In this document: piece after piece, positions 8,167-17,087 of the stretch | Position numbering within the stretch: position 1 is the stretch's first letter | How the letters are laid out: every line of letters begins with the position of its first letter | Source of the DNA: Candidatus Undinarchaeales archaeon | Lineage (GTDB): Archaea; SpSt-1190; JASMDC01 | Reading direction: 5' to 3' | NCBI GenBank assembly: GCA_030753015.1 | Contig: JASMDC010000009.1 | Coordinates: 1 to 64,000, forward strand | DNA: 64,000 bases | The notes under the pieces: model-generated | Seen by the model: only the letters and a program-made list of their open reading frames with translations | Databases searched by the model: none | What the model was told of the DNA's origin: nothing | Made by a program: the position numbers and the translations under genes

Positions 8167-9330
8167 ATGCCCTCTGCTATCTGTCCAGTCTGTCGTGAGG
8201 TCCATGACATCGGTCCTGAAGGTGTTTGTCCCCACTGTGGGGGCGAGCTAGAATCCTTTGCCAACAGTGATGCCTATCTCAAGGAGATGGCGCCAAAGAT
8301 CGTTGAGGAACGCAAGGTCGCAGGGATTGAGGGGCTCGTGGGCGGACTTGAGGCCGTCATAATCAACACGGAGCAGGACCACCAACGCGCCGCCGTAAAA
8401 GGTCTCCTGCGGACAACGGGACACAGTTTCGCCGGAGCCTTCCTGGACCATAGTCTCCGGACCGTCGTACTCTCCCACAAAAGCTCGGCGGATATCCTGG
8501 TAAGGTCACGGCAGGGAGGGGGCGGCCCATTCACAGCCTACAACGGCGCACTAAAGACACGTCATCTACCCTCGACGAGACTGGAGACATTCGTGTTCCG
8601 GTGCCGCGACCTCGAGCGGTACGTCGGGATACAGCGGGAACGTGGTGTACAGTTCGTTCAAGAGGACTTAGTACACACCGGGACACACTCATTCATCCAG
8701 ACCGTACCGTCCACCTTTACAGGCAACTCCATCGGTTTCGTGGAGTGGCACAGCCCGGCGCGTGAATGGCGACCGGACGGTAGCGATGAGCTCGACTGGG
8801 CCCACGAGAAACCGGACGCACCCCATCTGGCGAACATCGGCATGCTCGACCACACAGCCACGCGGGTGCGGGCACGAGACCGGGACGCAGCGATCATCGA
8901 GTTCATGCATCTTACCGACTACACCTTCCAGTTCGCTGTCTACGTAAAACACCTCAACTCCATCACCAACGTGGCCCGGCTCTTGCCTGATGACTTTGCG
9001 ATGGTGTTCACCTCGGGCATCTCACCCTTCTCGGATGACCATCCGTCCGGACCCACGGAGGGATTCATCAAGAACTATGGGACCCGGGTGCATCACATGG
9101 CCTTTGCGACCGAGCGGATCGAGAACACCTTCGACGCGTTGAAGGCCGACGGCATGGGCTTCCTCCTCGAGCTCGTCGGCTCGCCGGACGAGGGATTGAA
9201 GCAGACGTTCTCCGAGGCATCGCCCGACACCTTGCTGGTCAACGAGTACATCCACCGCTATGGTGACTTCGACGGGTTCTTTTCAAAGAGCAACGTGGGA
9301 CTGCTCACCGCGGCGACGGCCAAACAGTAA
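8167..9330 (+). CDS. VOC/HPPD-like metalloenzyme with N-terminal Zn ribbon
   Basis: CPVC..CPHC at the N-terminus; LDHTA, VHHMAF and NEYIHRYGDFDGFF resemble the 2-His-1-Glu triad region of 4-hydroxyphenylpyruvate dioxygenase-like proteins. Confidence 0.7.
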   Translation: MPSAICPVCREVHDIGPEGVCPHCGGELESFANSDAYLKEMAPKIVEERKVAGIEGLVGGLEAVIINTEQDHQRAAVKGLLRTTGHSFAGAFLDHSLRTVVLSHKSSADILVRSRQGGGGPFTAYNGALKTRHLPSTRLETFVFRCRDLERYVGIQRERGVQFVQEDLVHTGTHSFIQTVPSTFTGNSIGFVEWHSPAREWRPDGSDELDWAHEKPDAPHLANIGMLDHTATRVRARDRDAAIIEFMHLTDYTFQFAVYVKHLNSITNVARLLPDDFAMVFTSGISPFSDDHPSGPTEGFIKNYGTRVHHMAFATERIENTFDALKADGMGFLLELVGSPDEGLKQTFSEASPDTLLVNEYIHRYGDFDGFFSKSNVGLLTAATAKQ

Positions 9331-10380
9331 CTACGTCCGCTGCTCGAGCCACTCCCGGGTCCGTCCCGTGAGAACCAGCGGTCGGTCCATCAGCTCCACC
9401 CGGGAGGACGCCCCGCACAGGAGCATGGCCGCTCGTGTCTCGGCGATGAGCGTTGTCAGGTAACTGCGAGCGCCGTCCACGCCACCGTCCATGTACGCGC
9501 GGAGCACGGGCAGCGCTACGCCGACAGCCGTTGCACCCAAGCGCAGCGACTTAATCACATCGATGCCTGTGCGGACGCCTCCGGTGGCGATGACCGGTAG
9601 GTCGCAGGCCGAGCGCACCTCGGCGACGCTGATGGGCGTGGGTAGGCCCCAACGCCAGAACGTCTCGGCCAGGCGGTTGCCCGTGTCGCGATAGTGCTCG
9701 ACGGCCACCCACGAGGTGCCGCCGACCCCGCCAACGTCGATACCGGCCACACCGGCCTCGGCGAGCCTTGCGGCGGTCTCGCGGGATATCCCGCACCCGG
9801 TCTCTTTAGCGACCACGGGGACTTCAAGATCGGTGCACAACCGTGCCAGCGCGGCCTCGCCGCCCTTGAACGCACGGTCCCCTTCGGGCTGTGTCATCTC
9901 GTGGGCAGGGTTGAGGTGAACGCAAAGCGCGTCGGCGCCTATCCCCTCGACGGCCTTCAGGGCCTCTTTGGCGCCCCAGCCAGCCACGAACTGCACGAGT
10001 CCCAGGTTCCCCAGGAGGAGGATGTCCGGAGCGACGTCCCTGACCTCGAAGGTCCGGGTGGTGTCCGGCTGCTCCACCATGATGCGCTGGCTCCCGAGCC
10101 CCATACCGAGTCCCAGCTCCTGGGCGAGTGCTGCCAGATCACGGTTGATCCGTCGTGCCTCATCGGTCCCGCCGGTCATGGCGGCGATGATGATGGGGGT
10201 GGACAACCGCCGCCCATAGAGCTCCACGGAGCAGTCCACGTTATCGGCGTCCACGTCCGTGAGCGCATCGTGGACTAGGGATATGTCGGCCCATGGATCG
10301 TACCCAGCCTCCACGTCCTCCTTCCAGCACACGCGGATATGGTCCGCCTTCCTCTGCTCGATGATAGTGGGTTCGCTCAT
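9331..10380 (-). CDS. fni: Type 2 isopentenyl-diphosphate delta-isomerase
   Basis: RKADHI, AMTGG, GSQR, HLNPAHE..QPEGD, KETGCG, GGVGGTSW..VE, ATGGVR. Confidence 0.97.
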   Translation of the reverse strand: MSEPTIIEQRKADHIRVCWKEDVEAGYDPWADISLVHDALTDVDADNVDCSVELYGRRLSTPIIIAAMTGGTDEARRINRDLAALAQELGLGMGLGSQRIMVEQPDTTRTFEVRDVAPDILLLGNLGLVQFVAGWGAKEALKAVEGIGADALCVHLNPAHEMTQPEGDRAFKGGEAALARLCTDLEVPVVAKETGCGISRETAARLAEAGVAGIDVGGVGGTSWVAVEHYRDTGNRLAETFWRWGLPTPISVAEVRSACDLPVIATGGVRTGIDVIKSLRLGATAVGVALPVLRAYMDGGVDGARSYLTTLIAETRAAMLLCGASSRVELMDRPLVLTGRTREWLEQRT

Positions 10381-11162
10381 GTGATCACCGGTATGAATGT
10401 TCCTTCGTCGGTGGACCCGCCGAGGGCCCGTTCCAGCGCGCCGGGGGTGTTCGCGTCGATGACCAGCGACTCTACCCCGACCCGTGCCAGTGGGAGCAGC
10501 TCGTCCAGCTTGCCACGCATGCCACCCGTGACGTCGGACGCTGCCGAGCCACCAGCCTCCACAAGGGCCAATGTCTCAGGGGTGAGGATGTCGATGCGAC
10601 GGGCACCCGGGTCCGTGCGTGGGTCAGTGGTGTACACGCCGTCCACGTCGGAGCATAGCACCGCTCGCCCGATGCCGAGGTTGGGTGCGAGGTACGCCAG
10701 CAGCTGGTCACCTGACACGATGGCGAAGCCCTGTGCACGGTCCTGGACGACGTCACCGAAGAGCACAGGTGTCATCCCTCCCTCGACCAGGAAGCGAACG
10801 GGTTCCTCATCGAAAGCTACTATTCGCCCGTTCTCGAGTGTGCACACAGCAGCCGGGGGGACCGCAACGGCAGGGATGCCTGCGTTCAGGAGCCCATCCA
10901 TTACAGCTGCGTTCAGACGTTCCATAGCACGGTGTATGTTGGAGAACGCCTCGCGGGCCTTCGGCCCGTCCAGTGCTCCACTGATCATGCCGTGTTCGGT
11001 CGCAGCAGCGTGCCCGAAGGAGCCGCCACCATGGACCACGAGGCACTGCTCTCCGGACCTGGCGAGTTCCTGGGCGAGCCGGGCGATGACGTCCTCACGA
11101 GCGATGTAAGCTATGTCCTTAGGGGCGATGGCCGAGCCACCCAACTTGACGGCGTACTTCAC
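10377..11162 (-). CDS. ipk: Isopentenyl phosphate kinase
   Basis: KLGGSAI..K, VHGGGSFGH, PVLFGDVV, IVSGD, DVDGVY..DP, DVTGGMRGK; overlaps fni. Confidence 0.95.
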   Translation of the reverse strand: MKYAVKLGGSAIAPKDIAYIAREDVIARLAQELARSGEQCLVVHGGGSFGHAAATEHGMISGALDGPKAREAFSNIHRAMERLNAAVMDGLLNAGIPAVAVPPAAVCTLENGRIVAFDEEPVRFLVEGGMTPVLFGDVVQDRAQGFAIVSGDQLLAYLAPNLGIGRAVLCSDVDGVYTTDPRTDPGARRIDILTPETLALVEAGGSAASDVTGGMRGKLDELLPLARVGVESLVIDANTPGALERALGGSTDEGTFIPVIT

Positions 11163-11734
11163 GCTCGAACCCCCAGGAAGCTCTTGATGTCGCTGAGCGT
11201 CTGCTGGGCGAGCTGGAGCCTGAAGGTCTTTCGCTCCCCCCAGTCGCGGGCCTCGATGACAGCGATATCGGTGTGGATGTTGCGGGTCAGGGCGGTCAGC
11301 CGCTCCAATTGCTCACGCAGAGCGCCCTGTCCTGGATCGTGGACAATCTCCAGGTCCGAGAGCCTCGTTCGTGATGTGCGCAACGAACGGCGGAGCTCGT
11401 CCAGATGCTCCCGGTCTTTGCTGAGCTGGATAAGGATGGACGTCTCCTTGTCAGGCATTTCCTCTGTACCGGTCTCACGCAGTGAGCGGAGCACCTCGTT
11501 CGTCTGTTCCATGCGTTCGCGGCTCTTCCGCTCCTGGCCGGACCGGACATCGATCTCCCGGCGGAGATGCTTCATCTCCCTTTCGAGTGAGCGGAGCCGG
11601 TTCCGCAAATGCTCTGCTTCCTTGATGACGATGTGACATTCGTCGCACGACGACGAGAGGGCGTCCCAGGCTACCTGGGCGGGATCCCCTGGATGGTCGC
11701 GGTCCTCGGTGGACGGGCCGTCCGATACGGCCAT
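11159..11734 (-). CDS. Hypothetical coiled-coil protein
   Basis: Charged heptad-like sequence; stop overlaps the ipk GTG start. Confidence 0.7.
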   Translation of the reverse strand: MAVSDGPSTEDRDHPGDPAQVAWDALSSSCDECHIVIKEAEHLRNRLRSLEREMKHLRREIDVRSGQERKSRERMEQTNEVLRSLRETGTEEMPDKETSILIQLSKDREHLDELRRSLRTSRTRLSDLEIVHDPGQGALREQLERLTALTRNIHTDIAVIEARDWGERKTFRLQLAQQTLSDIKSFLGVRA

Positions 11735-11735
11735 C

Positions 11736-11990
11736 TCACTGTCCCCCTTCGCGCCCGATGTTGAGCTCGACCTTCTTCAGCTCCCCGAGCATGCCGAACA
11801 CGATGACCACGATAAGGATCGTGAAGGGCTCCACGGCCATCGACAGGCCCTTGCCTCCGGCTATATCCTGTATAGCTAGTTCGCGGATGATGAACACGGC
11901 AAAGATCAAGGTCACCGCGATGAGGAAGAGGAACATGATGGACCGGCCGCCGTGCTTGACGACTGCGCCGTTAGCCTTTCCTGACGTCAT
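11736..11990 (-). CDS. Small two-TM membrane protein
   Basis: Two hydrophobic helices; tightly packed in the operon. Confidence 0.75.
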   Translation of the reverse strand: MTSGKANGAVVKHGGRSIMFLFLIAVTLIFAVFIIRELAIQDIAGGKGLSMAVEPFTILIVVIVFGMLGELKKVELNIGREGGQ

Positions 11991-13227
11991 CTAGGATCAC
12001 CCCCATGTCGGCGCGGAAGTTCTCGATGGCATCACCCAGCTCATCGGCCTCGGCAGCTTCCCGGGCGAGCCTTAGTAGGAGGAGCCGGGAGAGCGGTCGC
12101 GCACCGTCCGCAACCGTCACCTTGCCCTCGGATAGCTCGGAGAAGAGGTCGTCGCGGAACCAGTGGAGGGCACCGGTCTCATCGACGAGCCGCTCCCTGA
12201 ACCGTGAGAAGAACTGGTAGTAATTACGTCCCGTGGCAGCGTTGAGCAGCCTGGACATATCATTGAGCCCCGTCTCGAGGCCGGCCAGCGCCAGCACGAT
12301 GCAGGGCACCCGGCTGGGTACCGAGAGCGCCTCGGCCATCAGCTGACCGGAGAGCCGGACCTCTTGTCGAGCAACCTTCTGTGATCCGAACCGGGTGCGC
12401 ATGTAGGCCAGCCGCCGCTCGTCCCGGGCGCGGGCCAGCTCCCGGACTGCCTCGGTGATCTCCTCTCTAGATGGAGCACGACCGGTATCTAGCTGGACCA
12501 AACGTGAAGCTATATCCGAGGTGGGACCCCGCAACCGGCTGCGCTGCCAAGCAACGTCCTCCACGGCGGTGATGGACTCGATACCCTCTGAAGTGGCGCC
12601 CGCGGCCGTCCCCAGTCGCACGAGGACGGCGAGCTCGATGGCCACGTACAAGGCCAATGCTAGGAACCATACGATCATCACGAAGAGGCCAAGGTCCCCG
12701 ATCTGCACAACGGCCAGCTTCCACGCGGTCTCGGTCATGGGCCCTATCTCCATGATCGGTGTAAGGACGCACGCAAGCGTGGCGACAACATGTGGCAGGG
12801 TGACCCCGAGGTACATATCGTCGCGCTCGTCCTCCTCCAGACGGAGGGCGATGTCCAGATTATCGACATAGCGGATGGTGGACAGGGCGGCGTGAGCTGC
12901 CAGCAGGAAGCAGAGGAAGAACCCGAAGAATGACCGGTCGGCGAAGAGCCCGACGAAGGAGAGCAGGCCCACGATAACGTAGAATAGCAGGCTATTGTGC
13001 CCCTCCTCGACCAGGAAGCGGCCCTTGTCCTCGAAGAGGGCGGTGAGGAACCAGGGAACGATGAGCAGGCCCAGTATGCCCCCGCGGAGGGCCGCCAGCA
13101 GGCCCGTGAGCGCCATGGTCCCCTCGGCGAAATCGTGGAGATGGTGCAGGTTGAGAAGGAGGAACGCGGCCGCGCATTGGAGCGTGAGGATCCATAGGGA
13201 GCGCCGCCTAAGGATAAGACCCCTCAT
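11971..13227 (-). CDS. Six-TM membrane protein with C-terminal winged-helix-like domain (putative membrane-tethered regulator)
   Basis: Six hydrophobic helices after basic MRGLILRRR. C-terminal ALSVPSRVPCIVLALAG..GLNDMSRLL..FFSRFRERLVDETGAL..VTVADGARPL resembles ArsR/MarR-type wHTH by eye. The CDS is solid; the wHTH call is tentative. Confidence 0.55.
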   Translation of the reverse strand: MRGLILRRRSLWILTLQCAAAFLLLNLHHLHDFAEGTMALTGLLAALRGGILGLLIVPWFLTALFEDKGRFLVEEGHNSLLFYVIVGLLSFVGLFADRSFFGFFLCFLLAAHAALSTIRYVDNLDIALRLEEDERDDMYLGVTLPHVVATLACVLTPIMEIGPMTETAWKLAVVQIGDLGLFVMIVWFLALALYVAIELAVLVRLGTAAGATSEGIESITAVEDVAWQRSRLRGPTSDIASRLVQLDTGRAPSREEITEAVRELARARDERRLAYMRTRFGSQKVARQEVRLSGQLMAEALSVPSRVPCIVLALAGLETGLNDMSRLLNAATGRNYYQFFSRFRERLVDETGALHWFRDDLFSELSEGKVTVADGARPLSRLLLLRLAREAAEADELGDAIENFRADMGVILDDVRKG

Positions 13228-13247
13228 AACAAGGGCAGCACTAGCAA

Positions 13248-13257
13248 CTAATTTAAT
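13248..13257. promoter_or_regulatory. AT-rich box in a 54-bp divergent intergenic gap (candidate shared TATA)
   Basis: CTAATTTAAT lies about 20-30 bp from both ATG 13227 (minus) and ATG 13282 (plus). Confidence 0.5.
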
Positions 13258-13281
13258 GATGACGTGCCCGTTCTTCCTATC

Positions 13282-13533
13282 ATGACCGTAGATGTGGGCG
13301 CCGCTCTCATCATCGAACGCGGTCTCATCGTCCTTGCTTTCCCTGCGGCCCTCCTCCTCCTTCTGGTGTTGCTCGTGCTAACGATGCCCCCGGCCAATCC
13401 ATCGGGTTCAGGCTGGTCCCAGCAGCAATCCGTCCAGCCCACCCCTGCTCCGCAGGCACAGTCCTATTCCTATCCGCAGCAGGGCTACGGTTATTACTCC
13501 GGAGGTGGTCAGAACGGTGGATACCAGCGATAA
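13282..13533 (+). CDS. Small single-TM protein with Q/Y/G-rich tail
   Basis: TM LIVLAFPAALLLLLVLLVLTM, then low-complexity QSYSYPQQGYGYYSGGGQNGGYQR; overlaps the protease gene. Confidence 0.65.
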   Translation: MTVDVGAALIIERGLIVLAFPAALLLLLVLLVLTMPPANPSGSGWSQQQSVQPTPAPQAQSYSYPQQGYGYYSGGGQNGGYQR

Positions 13534-14533
13534 GGATGAACCCGTCACCAAGAAGGATGACGCTCGGGCACGGCCTGAAGAAAAGAAGACGACCGCGGAC
13601 CAGGAAGATGCTCGTACACGAGACATCCCACCCGCTCCTCGCCAACGCGACATACCGATGACCTGGGAAGAGCGCCAGAACCGGGCACAGATGTTGCTCA
13701 TCATACTCTTCCTCATCGTCCAGATATGCGGTGTGGCCATAGCCTACGCAGTGACCCAGAGCCCATCGATCCAATTGCACCTCGAGCAGACCCGCCCCGC
13801 TTTCATCAGTCCCGACAAGGGCCAGGAGAACACCGTGAACATCGTGGCCATCGGTATCATCGGGACGGTGTTCCTCATCCTCCTCAAGAAGTACCTGCGG
13901 TTCAAGGTCCGGTACGTGGTCATCGTTGCGGTCTTCGGCTCATGCACCTATCTGGCCGACATCCTGGGCTTCAGTGCTCTGGTCTCCACTTTGTTCGGTA
14001 TCGTGGTCACTGTTCTTCGGGAACGCATGGAAAACCTACATATCCTCAACGCATCGGTGTTCGTATCAGTGCTCGGTTTCGGTGCCATCTTCGGCCATTG
14101 GGTGGTTCCCGAGCATGCCGTGCTCCTCCTCATCGTGCTCTCCATCTACGACATCATCGGAGTGCTCATCACCCAGCACATCACCTATCTGTGGTTCGGT
14201 GCCTACAAGTTCGAGAAGATGTGGCGTGATGTCCTGGCCTTCGTCGTGCACGTAGACGAGTCCGAGGTCATACTCGTGGGCGCGGGCGACTTCGGATTTC
14301 CCATGCTCTTCACCTTCTCCGTGACAGAGTTCCTCGTCCAGACCCAGAGCAAGGCGTTCGGGCTGGTCGGTGGGACCATGGTGGCCATCAGCGCCACGCT
14401 GGGCTTCGCCGCCCTGCAGATCTACGCCATGCGCTCCGAACGGAGCAAGGACACCGGCCTCCCGGGGCTCCCGTTCGTAACCGGCGGTGCTATCGCTGGA
14501 TGGCTGCTGGCCCGGCTCGTGCTCGGCGTATAG
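13517..14533 (+). CDS. Presenilin/signal peptide peptidase-like intramembrane aspartyl protease (A22)
   Basis: YD motif (LSIYDIIGV), GxGD (VGAGDFGFP), PAL-like LPGLPF, about 9 TMs; GGAGGTGG RBS before GTG 13517. Confidence 0.88.
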   Translation: MDTSDKDEPVTKKDDARARPEEKKTTADQEDARTRDIPPAPRQRDIPMTWEERQNRAQMLLIILFLIVQICGVAIAYAVTQSPSIQLHLEQTRPAFISPDKGQENTVNIVAIGIIGTVFLILLKKYLRFKVRYVVIVAVFGSCTYLADILGFSALVSTLFGIVVTVLRERMENLHILNASVFVSVLGFGAIFGHWVVPEHAVLLLIVLSIYDIIGVLITQHITYLWFGAYKFEKMWRDVLAFVVHVDESEVILVGAGDFGFPMLFTFSVTEFLVQTQSKAFGLVGGTMVAISATLGFAALQIYAMRSERSKDTGLPGLPFVTGGAIAGWLLARLVLGV

Positions 14534-14588
14534 GGCCGTACCGGCCGAGGCGTTTCTCATTTAAAGTATCACGGTCGGATTGGGTCCG

Positions 14589-15740
14589 ATGGACCAAGGA
14601 GCCTATCCGCAACCTCAGCCCCAAGCTCAATATATCCCGCCGGTCTCGTCGCATCCACCCGAGGTGTCCGCAGCGCCTCCAAAGGAGCACGAGCGGAAGG
14701 ATGGGTTCATCGACAAGCATCTCCCCAAGATCATCGCCGTCCTGCTCTCCATCGCCACCATCTTCTCCGGCGTCGTATCCAACCGGTCGGACCTTCTGGA
14801 GGAGCAGGCCAACGAGATGAAGATCGCGATAGACACGCTCGAGCGCACCGCCAAGGCCGAGGAGACGGCTGCCCGGCAGTACGCATCGTCAATCGACAGC
14901 TATGAGAACCAGGTCGTGCTCCTCGGTATCGAGAACGGGAATATCGAGACGCTCAAGAAAGGATACGAGACGGACATCGGGGGTATCACGACCCGGTACA
15001 ACGAGGAGCTCGAGCAGGTGAACCAGAGCTATGTCACCAAGCTCGCGAACGAGACCGAGACGCTAGCGAAGATCGAGAAGATGGCCGAGACCGCCAAGAA
15101 GCAGGTCAGCACACAGACCCAGAAGGTCAAAAAGACCGTGGAGGACCTTCTTGGCGTCGGAGCGGGCGGCGGGCGAGGGGCTGTCAAGGAGACCCTGGGC
15201 GAGCCGGTCACCATGGAGGCCTTCCTCAAGGTCACTCGCGAGGAGAACGTACTCGACGAGTACAAGGACAAGCAGATCGACCTCCGCCAGGAGACAATCC
15301 GCAAGCGGGAGGAGATCAGGGAGCTCGAGGACGAGCAGCGGTACTCGCTCCGCGAGGTGGAGCGAGAGCGCGATGCCGAGATCATGGAGAAGCGCATCCA
15401 GCAGAAGCGGCTGGATGACGACATAACCATGAACAACGCCCAGATCGCGGAGATCAACAAGCTCATCAACAAGTACCAGGGGATGGACGTCGAATCCACT
15501 CAGAAATCAGAGGCATCCTACACGCAGACCAATGAGAAGGTCCAGGAGGTCGAGGGATTGCGGGAGAAGGCCGACCGTCTGATGCGAGTGCCCATCATCC
15601 TCAACCTCGCACTGTTCCTGTTCGGTTTCGCGGGCAACTCGGACAAGAAGTTCTTCAAGATCGTGTTCACCATAATCGGTATACTGGCCCTGGGTTTCTC
15701 AGGGTTCTACTTCCTGCGCATCATGAGGGTGCCGGTCTGA
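14589..15740 (+). CDS. Membrane protein: one TM, long coiled coil, two C-terminal TMs
   Basis: Pro/Gln-rich N-terminus, TM at IIAVLLSIATIFSGVV, about 270 aa charged helical region, two terminal hydrophobic helices. Confidence 0.8.
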   Translation: MDQGAYPQPQPQAQYIPPVSSHPPEVSAAPPKEHERKDGFIDKHLPKIIAVLLSIATIFSGVVSNRSDLLEEQANEMKIAIDTLERTAKAEETAARQYASSIDSYENQVVLLGIENGNIETLKKGYETDIGGITTRYNEELEQVNQSYVTKLANETETLAKIEKMAETAKKQVSTQTQKVKKTVEDLLGVGAGGGRGAVKETLGEPVTMEAFLKVTREENVLDEYKDKQIDLRQETIRKREEIRELEDEQRYSLREVERERDAEIMEKRIQQKRLDDDITMNNAQIAEINKLINKYQGMDVESTQKSEASYTQTNEKVQEVEGLREKADRLMRVPIILNLALFLFGFAGNSDKKFFKIVFTIIGILALGFSGFYFLRIMRVPV

Positions 15741-15816
15741 TCACGGCGGGAACGACCGGGGCGGGCCGCAGCACCCCACCCCTACATTTATCTCTCTTTA
15801 GGGCCCGTACAGAACC

Positions 15817-16461
15817 GTGGACCTCGCAGCCCTCCCGGCCGCTTTGTACACGATAGTGCTCGCCCTTGCTGCCGGTCAGGACCTGCGCACCGGTGAGATC
15901 GAAGAGCGTTTGCTCCGCGGGCTCGTGCTCGCGGGGGTCGCGGGCGCACTTGTCCACTCCTGGGACAGGACCGCGGTCCAGGTCCCCCTGCTGGTGGGCG
16001 TCGTTGCGCTCCTCCTCAACCGCGGTGGCTGGATGGGTGGGGCCGACCTTACGGCCCTGGTCGCCCTCGCTGTCGCGGCACCGGCCCATCCCATCCCCGG
16101 ATACAGCACTCCTCTGCCGTTCCCCGTGAGCGTGTTCCTGCTGGCACTGCTGCTGGCCACGGGATGGCTGGCCGTGCGGGGGACGACGGGCGTGCTCCGG
16201 TCGGGGCGATGGCAGCGGGCGGTCGCCATCACCGTGGGCGTGGCCGTGGTGCTGTGGTCCTCCTACGGCTCATGGGACCTGCTACTGCTGCTGGACCTGC
16301 TGCTGCTGGCGCTGCTCGTCCAGTACCTGGGGCGACTGGCGGAGCATGGCGGCGCACCGGACCCCTGGTCCGAGGTCAGGTTTTTACCGGTGGTACTAGT
16401 ATCGCTCCTGCTCCACCTGGCCAGCGGTGATCCTCTCGGCTGGTTTTTCGGTGTGATATGA
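15817..16461 (+). CDS. Prepilin/prearchaellin peptidase (A24, FlaK/PibD-like)
   Basis: Catalytic Asp motifs QDLRTGEI and WMGGADL, PFPVSVF, C-terminal FLPVV..GD. Confidence 0.8.
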   Translation: MDLAALPAALYTIVLALAAGQDLRTGEIEERLLRGLVLAGVAGALVHSWDRTAVQVPLLVGVVALLLNRGGWMGGADLTALVALAVAAPAHPIPGYSTPLPFPVSVFLLALLLATGWLAVRGTTGVLRSGRWQRAVAITVGVAVVLWSSYGSWDLLLLLDLLLLALLVQYLGRLAEHGGAPDPWSEVRFLPVVLVSLLLHLASGDPLGWFFGVI

Positions 16462-16477
16462 GCCGGTAGCGGACCCG

Positions 16478-17017
16478 TTACTCCTCTCGCAGTACCTTCT
16501 TCGGAGGTCGAGCGTACGTTGCCGCGAACGCGATGACCATGATGATAATGAGCGGAAGATATGCTACCTTTGAACCGGACGCGGGTGGGACCTCCGTCAC
16601 GGTCACAATGGGACCTTCACTCACCCGGGTCTGTGGGTGGTCCAGCACGGCGCCCAGATAGTACCATTCCCACAGGCGGACACCGCTAAAGCAGGCAGAG
16701 CGTTCCGACGGTGGTAGGTGGGGACAGAGCGCGAGGGTATAGGTATAGTTGAACTCGGAGAGCCTCTTGAAGCAGTACCCCTTCTGAGTGATGGTGAAGT
16801 ACGCCGGACCTTTCACAGGGTCGATGTCAAAGGGACCGTCCTCGGTGAGGGTGATGTTCGAGGGGATCTTGACGGACAGCGGGCTGTCGGGAGGGAATTC
16901 CCGACACGTCCGCAACGTATCATTGTACTGCGAATCGTAATAACCCACTGCTAGGCAGAGGGAGGACAAGATGAGTACCAACGAGATGAGGGTCGCATAC
17001 CACATCACTTGTTTCAT
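16478..17017 (-). CDS. Secreted, C-terminally anchored hypothetical protein
   Basis: N-terminal signal peptide and C-terminal TM followed by basic residues. Confidence 0.7.
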   Translation of the reverse strand: MKQVMWYATLISLVLILSSLCLAVGYYDSQYNDTLRTCREFPPDSPLSVKIPSNITLTEDGPFDIDPVKGPAYFTITQKGYCFKRLSEFNYTYTLALCPHLPPSERSACFSGVRLWEWYYLGAVLDHPQTRVSEGPIVTVTEVPPASGSKVAYLPLIIIMVIAFAATYARPPKKVLREE

Positions 17018-17087
17018 GGTGCAGGATTGGTATCGCGGATTTCCTATTAATACTTGACACCCGTCCTACTCCTGGGGGGGGCCCATA

